A stretch of DNA of 64,000 nt from Bdellovibrionales bacterium (GCA_965217115.1 OZ244239.1:1600001-1664000), one strand, 5' to 3'. Shown: positions 9,207 through 19,075, counted from the first letter of the stretch. The notes: generated by a model not told the origin, from the letters alone. Made by a program: numbers and translations.

Positions 9207-10997
9207 TCAAAGGGCTCTGTACATTCGTTTTTGAAATTTTTCATGGTCTTCAAATTCAGAGAGTGTGAGATTCTCCAACCACTTCCCTGATTTAGAGAAG
9301 AATAGAATCGAAGGCAAACCTCTGATTTTGTATTTTTGACGAAAACTCTTTATGAGAGGAGAATCTTTGGTTGCATCTAGTTTCATGAAAACAAAGCTTT
9401 TGCTGAGATTAGTTATTTTAGCGTGGTTAAATGTGTATTTTTCAAGCTCGTGACAAGCGACGCACCAATCGGCATAGACATCAATAAGAAGAGGCTTTTT
9501 ACTTTTAAGAGCTTCATTGAACTCTTTAGATGAATAAGTAATCCACTTGGGGCCTTTGACCTTCTGAATATTTTCCTGCTTTGTAGAGAAAAGGTTTTGA
9601 GGAAAAAATATTTTTATAAACCCAAGGCTTATAGATAATAAGCCGAAAATTGAGAGAATGATCAATAAACCTTTTAAGAGTTTGGATGTCTTGAATTTAG
9701 AGTTCCGTGTGAATCCTCCATTGAGAGCCCCGGAAATCACGAAATAAATTCCTGCGATGATATAGAAGACCCCAGGGCTGACCACGGGTTTTAAATAGTA
9801 CAGAGCCATTATGAGCATGGTAAATCCAAAAATAAATTTACTTAAGTTTAACCATGGCCCTGACTTGGGTAATTTATTAGATAGGTGGCTGAGCGTTCCT
9901 ATGAATAAAAAAAGTAAACCCATTCCTATTGCGTAGGTGAATAGAAGCCAGAATCCTAAAATTTGATTTCTTGTTTGTGCAACATAGGTGAGCACACTGA
10001 CAAGCACGGGACCAACACAGGGGCTGGCCACAATACCAGCAATGAGACCGACAATATAGGGTTTAAAGAACTCCCCACCAAATTGGGGGGCTTCAAATTT
10101 ATTGAAATAATTTTGTAAAATATGGGGAGTTTGTATTTCAAAAACCCCGTACATACTGAGTGCCATAAATGTAAAAACAAGAGCAATGAAAGCGACAACC
10201 CAGATATTACCGAGAAAAGCACCAAATAAAGCTCCCGTCGAGGCGGCAACAAGCCCCAGAATAGAATAAGTTGTTGCGATACCAAGGACGTACGTGAGGC
10301 TTTTGATAAAATTCTTCAAAATGGAGGGGTTCTTCTTATCTGAACCTATAACTGCGAGAGTAATAGGAATCATAGGAAATATACATGGAGTTAGACTGGT
10401 TAAAATACCAGCCAGAAAGACAAAGAGAAAAGTCAGTAGCCACCCTTTATTGAGTTGTTGAGTAAAGCTTAGAGTTGTTTTCTCTTTAGATAGAGAATTT
10501 GAAGATGTAATGATATTAAGGGGCAAAGTCATTTTAATGGTTTTTGGAAACTGACAAAACTCCTTAGTGCAGGCTTGGTATTTAAGGTGGGCAGGGATTT
10601 GATGTGGTCCTGGAAGAAGGGGAGAGTTTTCGGGAATTTCTATAATGGTTTCTAAAACTGCTGAGTCTTTTACTCCTCGGGTGTATTTTTTAGAAATGGA
10701 GTCGTAGAATTTTTTAACAGGAGAAATTGATAATGAACCAATATTAATGTCTTTATGATTTGGAAACGAGAGGGCAAATTTATCTTCATAGGCATGGTAT
10801 CCTTCGTGGAGACTAAGTTTAATTGTAATTCTGGTATTCTCTCCTAGATGCAGAGATGCTCTGTCAATTTCGATACTTGCATTTAGGGGGTTGTCTAACC
10901 ATTGAGTGGCGTATGAGGAGAGTGGTACAGAGAAAATAATAGAAAAGAATAGCTGTAACAGATGGCTCTTTATGTAATTCCCTGTACAATTCTTCAT
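9207..10997 (-). CDS. dsbD: Thiol:disulfide interchange protein
   Basis: N-domain QACTKEFC, TM motifs LTPCIFPM and ASPCVGP, thioredoxin WCVAC. Confidence 0.93.
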   Translation of the reverse strand: MKNCTGNYIKSHLLQLFFSIIFSVPLSSYATQWLDNPLNASIEIDRASLHLGENTRITIKLSLHEGYHAYEDKFALSFPNHKDINIGSLSISPVKKFYDSISKKYTRGVKDSAVLETIIEIPENSPLLPGPHQIPAHLKYQACTKEFCQFPKTIKMTLPLNIITSSNSLSKEKTTLSFTQQLNKGWLLTFLFVFLAGILTSLTPCIFPMIPITLAVIGSDKKNPSILKNFIKSLTYVLGIATTYSILGLVAASTGALFGAFLGNIWVVAFIALVFTFMALSMYGVFEIQTPHILQNYFNKFEAPQFGGEFFKPYIVGLIAGIVASPCVGPVLVSVLTYVAQTRNQILGFWLLFTYAIGMGLLFLFIGTLSHLSNKLPKSGPWLNLSKFIFGFTMLIMALYYLKPVVSPGVFYIIAGIYFVISGALNGGFTRNSKFKTSKLLKGLLIILSIFGLLSISLGFIKIFFPQNLFSTKQENIQKVKGPKWITYSSKEFNEALKSKKPLLIDVYADWCVACHELEKYTFNHAKITNLSKSFVFMKLDATKDSPLIKSFRQKYKIRGLPSILFFSKSGKWLENLTLSEFEDHEKFQKRMYRAL

Positions 10998-11104
10998 AAT
11001 TTAGAAGTATATACGTTCTTTTGTTAAAATTTCAAGTTTTCTGAATTAGTTTTTTAATTTAGCTTGAATACCTAAAAAATCTTAGACATATTCAGCCTTG
11101 TTAA

Positions 11105-11956
11105 ATGAACTCTTCAGAAAAAGGTCGTACCGTGTCAGTTGATACTGCTTGGAAAGATTCGGTCATTGTTGCATTTGATGCAGAAACAGACGGGGCCTAC
11201 CCGTTGGGGTTTGATTTTTGCGAAATTGGGGCTGTTAAATGGAAGAATGGTAAAATTATTGATGAGTACCAAACTCTTATAAAACCTCAAAAAATCATGG
11301 GTGATTTTGTTATTGGCATTCATGGTATTACTAACGAAATGGTAAGAGAGGCCCCGAGGGTTGATGAAGTGTTGCCTGAGTTTTTAAAGTTTATAGAAGG
11401 GGCTGTTGTGATAGCTCATTATGCGACTTTTGATGTGGGCTTTTTGATGGCTGATGTGGAGAAATTAAATTTGAAAATGCCAGAAAATCCTATTTTGTGT
11501 TCGAGCCTTTTAAGTCGTAGTTTGATTCCAGAGAGTCCCGATCACAAATTGCAAACGTTGATGAAATTTCTTAATTTAGATTCTGGGCAAGCCCATAGGG
11601 CATTGGATGATGCCAAGTCATGTTTACAGTTGGGTATTAAGTGCTTTGAGAGGGCGGGGAATGTCTCTATTAAGGAGCTACAGGAGTTGCAGGGTGTTTG
11701 TTTGGATTGGAAAAACTTCTCCATACAATCGTTAAAAAGTAAAATAGAGGGATTTTTTATTTTACTTGCAAGTATTGATGAAGGAGTAAGTTGTCGTATT
11801 CGCTATCAAGGGGGGTCGACACCTGGTAAGGAAAGAGCGGTAAGGCCTATTGGTATTGTGCGCGGACCAGATAAAGATTTTGTTTTGGCCCATTGCAGCC
11901 GATCTAAAAAAGATAAGCGCTTTTATCTTGATAAAATCACAGCTATTTTTAAATAA
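11105..11956 (+). CDS. DEDDh (DnaQ-like) exonuclease fused to C-terminal WYL domain
   Basis: AFDAETDG, IHGIT, AHYATFD and HRALDDA, then IRYQGG...RAVRP...AHC...KRFYLDKI (WYL). Confidence 0.85.
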   Translation: MNSSEKGRTVSVDTAWKDSVIVAFDAETDGAYPLGFDFCEIGAVKWKNGKIIDEYQTLIKPQKIMGDFVIGIHGITNEMVREAPRVDEVLPEFLKFIEGAVVIAHYATFDVGFLMADVEKLNLKMPENPILCSSLLSRSLIPESPDHKLQTLMKFLNLDSGQAHRALDDAKSCLQLGIKCFERAGNVSIKELQELQGVCLDWKNFSIQSLKSKIEGFFILLASIDEGVSCRIRYQGGSTPGKERAVRPIGIVRGPDKDFVLAHCSRSKKDKRFYLDKITAIFK

Positions 11957-11958
11957 AA

Positions 11959-12876
11959 TTAGTTTATGTTCTTTTTTTTAGAATTATCCTCTGCTCTTTT
12001 TTGATAGTTATCGATAAGACGCTGTGCGAGGTCTTCAAGTTCTTTAAAATCATCTTTTTGCCTTAATTTAAGTGGTCGAGGTTTGTCGTTGATAAGGTCA
12101 TTACAGAATTGTTCAAAAGCATAGACTGGGCCTGCAGATCTGTGGGAGAGTGTTTTCCCGATAAGAAAGAGAAGAGAGGCGAAGAAGACAAAAATAACAG
12201 AAAAAATAATAATGTAGGGGGTTAGAAAAGTTTGAAGAAGCTGGTTGTTGTCACCTACAAGCTCTAGAATCGTGACTCTAAGGTAAGTGTAGGAGAAAAC
12301 TCCAGCGATAAGAGCCAGGCCTAATCCGATAGAAGTCAAAATCGTTGCGTATCTTATCTGGAATTTTTTGTTAATCCATGTGTTTTTCCGTAGATTGTGC
12401 TCAGGCCATAGAATCTCACTCTCTTTTATTAAGGCGTAGACGATCATGAGATAACCAACCCACTGTAGGGCGTCGGCGAGGTTAAATGCGGGGCTAAACC
12501 ATTGACCATCGCTTATAACAATAAAATCAATAACGTATCCCCAGAGGATACGATCAGTGACATTTCCGATAATTCCTCCAATAAGAATTGACATACCAGA
12601 GCGAAGAATAAGGGATTTAATGGGAAGTAGGTATTGAATAATAGTGTAGGAGCAGAGTAAAAAGGCCCCTCCAGTAGACAGAGACACGACTCTAAGGACC
12701 ACAGATAAATCGGAAAAGAGCCCCAGCATAGTGCCGTAGTTTTTGTGTAAAACAAAACGCAGGAAGCCATAATCTTGTATGCCAACAATATCGGCAGCCC
12801 AGATTTTTGTTAAAAAATCTACCATCCATGTGATGAGTAAGGGCAAAAGAACAATGGTCCACTCTTTCTTCGTCAT
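11959..12876 (-). CDS. lspA: Lipoprotein signal peptidase II fused to 2-TM/HAMP-like C-terminal module
   Basis: DFLTK, NYG, GNVTDR, VIDFI and FNLAD, followed by ~150 extra aa with two TM helices and HRSAGPVYAF...LRQKDDFKEL. Confidence 0.85.
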   Translation of the reverse strand: MTKKEWTIVLLPLLITWMVDFLTKIWAADIVGIQDYGFLRFVLHKNYGTMLGLFSDLSVVLRVVSLSTGGAFLLCSYTIIQYLLPIKSLILRSGMSILIGGIIGNVTDRILWGYVIDFIVISDGQWFSPAFNLADALQWVGYLMIVYALIKESEILWPEHNLRKNTWINKKFQIRYATILTSIGLGLALIAGVFSYTYLRVTILELVGDNNQLLQTFLTPYIIIFSVIFVFFASLLFLIGKTLSHRSAGPVYAFEQFCNDLINDKPRPLKLRQKDDFKELEDLAQRLIDNYQKRAEDNSKKKNIN

Positions 12877-12961
12877 ATGCTCAATAGTAATATTTTAGAG
12901 CGAACCATTCAATTCTTCCGTGCTATTTACCTTAGACTAAAGTCTTTATTAAGTAAGTCAT

Positions 12962-12992
12962 TGTGTTTTAAAAGAGTTTCTTTTAAAACACA
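12962..12992. promoter_or_regulatory. Perfect 14-bp inverted repeat in divergent lspA/dacB intergenic region
   Basis: TGTGTTTTAAAAGA-GTT-TCTTTTAAAACACA. Confidence 0.45.
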
Positions 12993-13070
12993 GTGAAAAT
13001 GCTATAGTCTTTATTGCTCTCAAATCAAGATATTGTAAGATAGTTATGCAAGAATAGCAGGAGAAGAGTT

Positions 13071-14534
13071 GTGTTTAAAAATTGCATTTTTCTATTTATA
13101 ACGCTACTTGTTTCTTTTGCCCATGGGGATGTCGTTAAGAAATTAAATGGAGTTATTAGTAAATATGGTGTTTTGAAGAAGGAATTGGGCATTTATGTGA
13201 AACAGTCGAAGGGGAAGAGAGAAAAAGTCCTTTATCAGCTCAATGAGAAACGTTTAATGACACCAGCTTCTTTGAGTAAAATACCCACAGCAGGAGTTGC
13301 TCTCTCTGAATTGGGGCTTGAGTTTCAGTATAAAACTCAAATATTCATTGATGGTATTGTTAAAAATGGAGAACTTAAGGGGGATTTGTACTTAAAGGGA
13401 AGTGGTGACCCTTCATTTATTTCTGAAAAAATGTGGTATTTGGTTAATGAGTTTAGAAGAACAGGGGTTCGCAAGGTTAAAGGTCAGATCATTGTCGATG
13501 ACAGTGTCTTTGATCGTATTCGTTTTGAAAAAAATCGTGATCCTGACAGGGGGGATCGTGCTTATGATGCGCCAAATGGGGGAATGTCTTTTAATTGGAA
13601 TTCAGTGAATATTTTTATCCGTCCGAATCAGGTATTGGGTAAATCAGCAATTATTTATTTAGACCCACAAAACAAATGGATAGGGTTAAAAAATCGATTA
13701 ACAACAGTCAAAAAAATAAAATCACAGTCAAAGTCACAGTCAAAATTACAGCTAAAGTCAAACAAGATTAAGGTTGAAAGAAAGATAATAGGAAAGAAAA
13801 TCTTGATAGAGGTGAGTGGTCATATCCTTAAAGGGGATAAAGAGAAGGTTATTTATAAAAACATTCCTCTCCCATCTTTGTGGGCGGGCCATGTTTTAAA
13901 AAATTTTCTTGAACAAAGAGGGATTTCGGTAAAAGGGACTGTTCGTTTGGGGAAAGTGCCATCGACGGGAATTGTTGTTGCGGCTTCGAAAAGTAAACCC
14001 ATTATGCAAATTGCAGGGGATATGATGAAGTATTCCAATAATTATATTGCAGAGATGCTAACGAAGACTCTATCTATTAATAGAACCCCACCTCCGATTG
14101 TATCAGGAACAATGATCAAAGGGATGAGGTTAATAGAGGATTTTTTAAAGAATAAAATTGGCTTAAATGAGAATGAGTATACTATGGTGAGCCCTTCAGG
14201 GTTGAGTCGTAAAAATAAGTTTACTCCCAAAGCTCTATATAAAATCATGAATTATTTTAGAAAAAGTCCGATAGTATCTCCAGAATTTATGTCCAGTTTT
14301 CCCATTGCTGGAGTTGATGGCACGTTAAAGGAGAGGTTGAAGGGAGTGCTTAATTCAGGAAGAGTGCGTGCTAAGACAGGGGGCTTATCTGGAGTTGTTG
14401 GGTTGGCCGGGTTTGTGTCAACACAGAAAGAGGGGATAAGGTTATTTGTCTTTATGTACAATGGAAAATCTAGCGAGACAAAAATAAAAAATATGTTTGA
14501 TGAAATGGCTATGACACTTGTTGGGGCTCTATGA
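13071..14534 (+). CDS. dacB: D-Ala-D-Ala carboxypeptidase/endopeptidase PBP4 (S13)
   Basis: PASLSK (SxxK), GSGDP, SNN, KTG. Confidence 0.93.
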   Translation: MFKNCIFLFITLLVSFAHGDVVKKLNGVISKYGVLKKELGIYVKQSKGKREKVLYQLNEKRLMTPASLSKIPTAGVALSELGLEFQYKTQIFIDGIVKNGELKGDLYLKGSGDPSFISEKMWYLVNEFRRTGVRKVKGQIIVDDSVFDRIRFEKNRDPDRGDRAYDAPNGGMSFNWNSVNIFIRPNQVLGKSAIIYLDPQNKWIGLKNRLTTVKKIKSQSKSQSKLQLKSNKIKVERKIIGKKILIEVSGHILKGDKEKVIYKNIPLPSLWAGHVLKNFLEQRGISVKGTVRLGKVPSTGIVVAASKSKPIMQIAGDMMKYSNNYIAEMLTKTLSINRTPPPIVSGTMIKGMRLIEDFLKNKIGLNENEYTMVSPSGLSRKNKFTPKALYKIMNYFRKSPIVSPEFMSSFPIAGVDGTLKERLKGVLNSGRVRAKTGGLSGVVGLAGFVSTQKEGIRLFVFMYNGKSSETKIKNMFDEMAMTLVGAL

Positions 14535-15985
14535 ATTTAGGTAGAGGTGTTATTTTTTTAATATTAAGTGTCTCTTTTTGTAGATCTTTTTCTGGAGAGG
14601 AGTACACTCCTGTCAGTCATCAAAGTTTTTATTCTCAAGAAGAAGTTAATCAGGGGACACCGTGGGTACCGACGGCTTACAGTCAGCAAAAAAATATAAT
14701 TGGCTACAATAAGAAGACTTTCCATGTTTCTGATGAGCTTAAAACTCAGGTGGAATTTTGGAAGGATATTTACACTAAATACTCTTCAACTCAGGGAGTA
14801 TTGCATGACAGTGAGAAGATAGATCTTATTTATGAAGTGATTGATTTTCATGCTATTGAAAGCAATAAAAATATAAATAAATATGAAAAAGAAAAATTCA
14901 AAGAGAGGGCTATCAGGAGCAAAAAGAGGTATTACCGTCAGGTATTGAGAAAACTTCAAAAAAGAAAGAAAAATGAAAAACTAACACCTTTAGAGAGAAG
15001 AATAAAAAAAGCTTTTTCAGGGGACATGAGAAAGAACAAGTATTATTTGGCTTCTTTGAAGGGGAGACTGAGATTTCAATTGGGGCAGAGAGATTATTTC
15101 TTGAGAGGAATTTATTATTTTGGTCGTTACAAAAAACAAATTGAAGAAATTTTCTCTCAGTATAATCTTCCACTGGAGTTGACGCGTTTGCCACTTGTGG
15201 AAAGTTCATACAACATTCTGGCTCGTTCTAGGGTAGGAGCTAGTGGTATTTGGCAGATTATGCCGAGGACGGGAAAACAGTATATTAAGGTTAATAGAAT
15301 TGTTGATGAAAGAAATCACCCGATTATTTCTTCAGAAGTTGCAGCGAAAATTCTTAGGAAAAACTATAAACTATTGCAATCTTGGCCCCTTGCGATTACG
15401 GGTTATAATCATGGAGCCTATGGGATTAGGAAATTAGTGAGAAAGTATGGCATTCGAGATTTGGTAAAATTGATTAATAAAGGTAAGAAAAAGCGGTTTG
15501 GTTTTGCATCGAAAAATTTTTATGCAACTTTTTTGGCAGCCTTAGAAGTTGAGAGAAATGCGAAAAAATATTTTACTAAAGTTTATTATGCAAAGCCACT
15601 CAAGGATAAAAAAATAAAGTTGCATCGATCGATAAGTTATAAAAAGCTTTTAAGCTGGTTTGATGGTGATATCAAGGCAGCAAGGCTCTTTAACCCTCAT
15701 ATTTCACAATCTCGGAAAAGGAGAAAGAAATCTCTTATTCACTGGAAGACGAGTGTTTATGTACCAGTAGCTAAGTACAAGAGAGTTTCTAGGGAATTGA
15801 AGAAAAGGACCTTGTCAAAAAAATCTAGACGTAGAGTGAAGCGTCATAAGGTATCTAAGGGAGAGAGTTTAAGTTTGATTGCGCGCCGCTATGGGCTGTC
15901 TGTCAAGAGGATTTTGCTTTTTAACTCTATGAGAAAGCCTGATTATATTAAGGTAGGTCAGGTATTGTTAATTCCCAGCCATTGA
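14531..15985 (+). CDS. Lytic transglycosylase (SLT) with C-terminal LysM, MltD-like
   Basis: LPLVESSY, GASGIWQIMP, AITGYNHG; LysM HKVSKGESLSLIARRY. Confidence 0.88.
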   Translation: MNLGRGVIFLILSVSFCRSFSGEEYTPVSHQSFYSQEEVNQGTPWVPTAYSQQKNIIGYNKKTFHVSDELKTQVEFWKDIYTKYSSTQGVLHDSEKIDLIYEVIDFHAIESNKNINKYEKEKFKERAIRSKKRYYRQVLRKLQKRKKNEKLTPLERRIKKAFSGDMRKNKYYLASLKGRLRFQLGQRDYFLRGIYYFGRYKKQIEEIFSQYNLPLELTRLPLVESSYNILARSRVGASGIWQIMPRTGKQYIKVNRIVDERNHPIISSEVAAKILRKNYKLLQSWPLAITGYNHGAYGIRKLVRKYGIRDLVKLINKGKKKRFGFASKNFYATFLAALEVERNAKKYFTKVYYAKPLKDKKIKLHRSISYKKLLSWFDGDIKAARLFNPHISQSRKRRKKSLIHWKTSVYVPVAKYKRVSRELKKRTLSKKSRRRVKRHKVSKGESLSLIARRYGLSVKRILLFNSMRKPDYIKVGQVLLIPSH

Positions 15986-16091
15986 CAAAATCTTTGTAGG
16001 TTATTTCAGAGATTTTTACGTTATCGTGAGGCTTTCTTAGGTTAAAATTTTGTGATTTTTTGTTGTATAATGGGAAAAAAACGTATAGTTA

Positions 16092-17150
16092 GTGGTCATG
16101 GCTTTTGAATCACATAATGGAGGGCGTCGACCTCCCCAAGATTTAGATCAATTGATTGATGATTTTATATTACGACTCCAACAGAAGTTTAGAGGAGTAT
16201 TTAAAAATCCTCGATATTTTAGTCTTCTCTTTTCAGCTTTTATTCTTTTTGCTGGGCTTGCGAGCTCTTTTTACACAGTTGAGCCTGATGAAGAGGCGGT
16301 AATCATACGTTTGGGTCGTTATTCGGGAACCTATCCTCCAGGGCTTCACTTTAAGTTTCCATTTGGCATAGATCGATTGGAAAAATTGAAAACCAAGTTA
16401 GTTCACCAGGCAGAGTTTGGATTTAGGACGAAAAGTCCGTCTAGATTAAGACGGACAACTTATTATTCTAAAGGAAGTTTGAAAAGCGAATCTTCAATGC
16501 TGACAGGTGACCTTAATGTGGCTGATGTTGAGTGGGTGGTTCATTATCAAATATCAGATCCTTTTAAATATCTTTTTCAGGCCAGTGAGCCTATTCGTAA
16601 CTTGCGAGATGTTTCGGAATCTATATTGCGACGGGTGGTTGGTGATCGTGTCGTGACTGAGGTCTTGACGACTGGGCGTTTGGAGATGGCTTCAGATGCA
16701 AAGGTTTTGATGCAAGAGGTGTTGGATAAATATGATATTGGTGTTCGTGTTGTCGCTGTAAAATTACAAGATATTAATCCTCCAGAGATTGTGAAGCCTG
16801 CATTTAATGAAGTGGTGGCGGCTAAGCAACAACAGGAGCAGCTTATCAATGAGGCTGAAGAGGCTTATAACAAGGTGATACCTGAGGCTCGGGGAAAGGC
16901 AGAAAAATCTATTTCAAAAGCGAAAGGTTATGCTGAGGCCGTTGTGAATCGAGCTTCTGGAGATGCTAAAAAATTTGAATCTGTATTGCGAGAGTATAAA
17001 AAAGCTCCTGCGATCACTCGAAAACGTATTTATTTAGAAACGATGGAAGAAATCTACTCTCGATTTAATCAACTAACTATTGTAGATTCTAAAGTTAAGG
17101 GGTTGCTTCCAGTATTTCTCAAGGATAAAATTCAGACGTCAACAAAATAG
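16092..17150 (+). CDS. hflK: FtsH modulator HflK
   Basis: SPFH domain; MLTGDLNVADV, VKPAFNEV, PEARG. Confidence 0.93.
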   Translation: MVMAFESHNGGRRPPQDLDQLIDDFILRLQQKFRGVFKNPRYFSLLFSAFILFAGLASSFYTVEPDEEAVIIRLGRYSGTYPPGLHFKFPFGIDRLEKLKTKLVHQAEFGFRTKSPSRLRRTTYYSKGSLKSESSMLTGDLNVADVEWVVHYQISDPFKYLFQASEPIRNLRDVSESILRRVVGDRVVTEVLTTGRLEMASDAKVLMQEVLDKYDIGVRVVAVKLQDINPPEIVKPAFNEVVAAKQQQEQLINEAEEAYNKVIPEARGKAEKSISKAKGYAEAVVNRASGDAKKFESVLREYKKAPAITRKRIYLETMEEIYSRFNQLTIVDSKVKGLLPVFLKDKIQTSTK

Positions 17151-17158
17151 GAAAGGGA

Positions 17159-18136
17159 ATGATTTCTTTAAAGAGTAAACTAGTGTTAATGTTTTTTATT
17201 TTGTTTCTAATAGTGATGTCGTCTTCTTTGTATATCGTGAGGGAGGGGCAACAGGCCATTCGCACTCAATTTGGTCGCCCAGTTGGAGAGCCAATCACGG
17301 CTGCAGGTCCTCATTTGAAACTGCCTTTTATTCAAGATTTACGCTATGTCGATAAAAGAATCTTAACTTGGGACGGTGACCCTAATGAGATTCCTACAAA
17401 AGATAAAAAATTTATTAGAGTTGATACGACAGCAAGATGGAGAATTATAGATGCCCTTAAATTTATACAGACAGTGCAGAATGAGAGAGGGGCAATCACT
17501 CGTTTAGATGCAATCTTGGATGGTATTACTCGAGACACGATCTCTAACCATAATTTAGTGGAGGCGGTTAGAAATTCTAATTCGATTTTAAACAAGATTG
17601 AAAAAGCAAGAGTTGAAAAAGTAAAAAAAGAGGCCAGGGGAGAGATCGTTGAGGAAGAGGTGACTGGTGAAATTGAGCCAGTAGGTGTTGGCCGAGAGAA
17701 GTTGAGTGAGATTATTGCCAAAAGTGCTAATGAGGAGACTCAAAAATACGGAATTTCAATCATTGATGTGCAGTTGAGACGGATTTCGTATGAGAAGAGT
17801 GTTGAGGCTAAGGTTTATGAACGAATGATTTCAGAGAGAAGAAGAATTGCTGAGAAAATTCGATCTTATGGTAAGGCAGAGAAAGCGAAGATTGAGGGAC
17901 GATTGAGTCGTCACTTGCAACAAATTCAGTCAAAGGCCTACCGTGCAAGTCAGCAAATAAAAGGTAAGGGAGAGGCTAAGTCGACTGCTATTTATGCAAG
18001 GTCTCTTTCTAAGGGTGCTAAATTTTATGAATTTATCCGAACAATGGACGCCTATAAAAAATCATTAAAAGATGACACTAAATTTATTCTTTCCTCTGAC
18101 TCAGAATTTTTAAAATTATTAAAATCTCAGCAGTAG
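17159..18136 (+). CDS. hflC: FtsH modulator HflC
   Basis: SPFH domain; TKDKKFIRVD, VYERMISER, FYEFIRTMDAY. Confidence 0.93.
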   Translation: MISLKSKLVLMFFILFLIVMSSSLYIVREGQQAIRTQFGRPVGEPITAAGPHLKLPFIQDLRYVDKRILTWDGDPNEIPTKDKKFIRVDTTARWRIIDALKFIQTVQNERGAITRLDAILDGITRDTISNHNLVEAVRNSNSILNKIEKARVEKVKKEARGEIVEEEVTGEIEPVGVGREKLSEIIAKSANEETQKYGISIIDVQLRRISYEKSVEAKVYERMISERRRIAEKIRSYGKAEKAKIEGRLSRHLQQIQSKAYRASQQIKGKGEAKSTAIYARSLSKGAKFYEFIRTMDAYKKSLKDDTKFILSSDSEFLKLLKSQQ

Positions 18137-18148
18137 TTATTTTCCCAA

Positions 18149-18302
18149 ATGAGCAGCTATAGTGCTTATTCGAGGATACTGACAGGCCATCAAGGTTCCT
18201 GGGCAAAGTCTACAGACTAATACAACTCATTTTGAATGATGGTTTTCAAGTTTATGGTTCTACTACTAACGCGGGGTTAGTCATTGAGATTGGCCTTTTT
18301 TT
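18149..18302 (+). repeat. Copy 1 of 'gene 3' end + terminator' module (MSSYSAYSRILTGHQGSWAKSTD*)
   Basis: 18150-18216 matches 19170-19236 at 66/67 bp; diverged terminator-like hairpin at 18273-18302. Confidence 0.85.
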
Positions 18303-18501
18303 CTCCATTTTTCTTCCTAGATATTTTTCGAACTCGATCTCTAAGCTTAATCTCTTCATATCCAGATCTGAGTGCTTCTGCAATAAAATCAAAACTTGTT
18401 TTGTCAGATACGAGATTGCAGCTTCTATCAGAGATTTTTCTTGTACCAGTGGGAGTTATAACTGTAATGCCTTTTTCTACTCGGAGGCATAGAAATCGCA
18501 T
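18277..18501 (-). CDS. Possible small hypothetical protein or gene fragment
   Basis: 74-aa ORF ending at the copy-1 hairpin; no recognisable motif. Confidence 0.25.
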   Translation of the reverse strand: MRFLCLRVEKGITVITPTGTRKISDRSCNLVSDKTSFDFIAEALRSGYEEIKLRDRVRKISRKKNGEKKANLND

Positions 18502-18589
18502 AGAATTGTTGCAGGAATTTAAAATAAATAAAGAATTTAAAGCATTACTTAAAAAAATAATCTGACACTTTTTGTCTCTCCTTAGAGGT

Positions 18590-18677
18590 CTGTCTATTTT
18601 CTAGACAGGAAAAAACACTCAATTCTTCTTAATTTCGATCTGACTTTGGAATAGCAATAGCAATAGCAATAGCAATA
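18590..18677 (+). promoter_or_regulatory. Putative sigma54 promoter with upstream palindrome and (AATAGC)n microsatellite
   Basis: CTGTCTA-N5-TAGACAG at 18590-18608; TGGAATAGCAATAGCA (GG-N10-GC) from 18647; AATAGC x4.7 at 18650-18677. Confidence 0.45.
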
Positions 18678-18706
18678 AGCTATCAATTTCAATGGGAGAT
18701 TAAAAA

Positions 18707-19075
18707 ATGAGAAAGATGATACTATTATCAATGTTTATGTTTTGTTCGAGTTCTTTTGCGTTTGATCTAAATATCGTGCTGACCCCTACAGCTGCTGAAT
18801 GTAAAGCTATGGAGACGGAGGTTGAGGAGTCTTTAGCTTCTACAGGCGGGGTACCTTCTCTCACAGAAGAGGCAAAACGCGAAAGAGATAAGATTATCTC
18901 AGAAATAAGAACAAGAAAAGAGGACAAAGCAAAGCAGAATAATCGCAACCATGATATTAAACTTCAGTTTTATATAGAAAGAGGATATACTGCCCAACAA
19001 ACTGTTGAAGCATGGATTAAATATGTACGACATAGGGAATGTGCCTTACGTGACCTTAGACATGAGATTAAGTAG
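18707..19075 (+). CDS. Small secreted hypothetical protein
   Basis: Sec signal MRKMILLSMFMFCSSSFA, GGAG RBS, two Cys in the mature part. Confidence 0.75.
   Translation: MRKMILLSMFMFCSSSFAFDLNIVLTPTAAECKAMETEVEESLASTGGVPSLTEEAKRERDKIISEIRTRKEDKAKQNNRNHDIKLQFYIERGYTAQQTVEAWIKYVRHRECALRDLRHEIK

Noticed and set aside
18137..18153. attR-like duplicate of the tRNA-Leu 3' end (TTATTTTCCCAAATGAG vs TTATTGGTGCCCAATGAG)
   Set aside because: Too short and gapped to distinguish from chance.
18149..18220. Integron attC sites for the triple repeat or the hairpins
   Set aside because: The triple repeat is not palindromic and diverges like coding sequence; the hairpins lack RYYYAAC...GTTRRRY ends; no intI is present.
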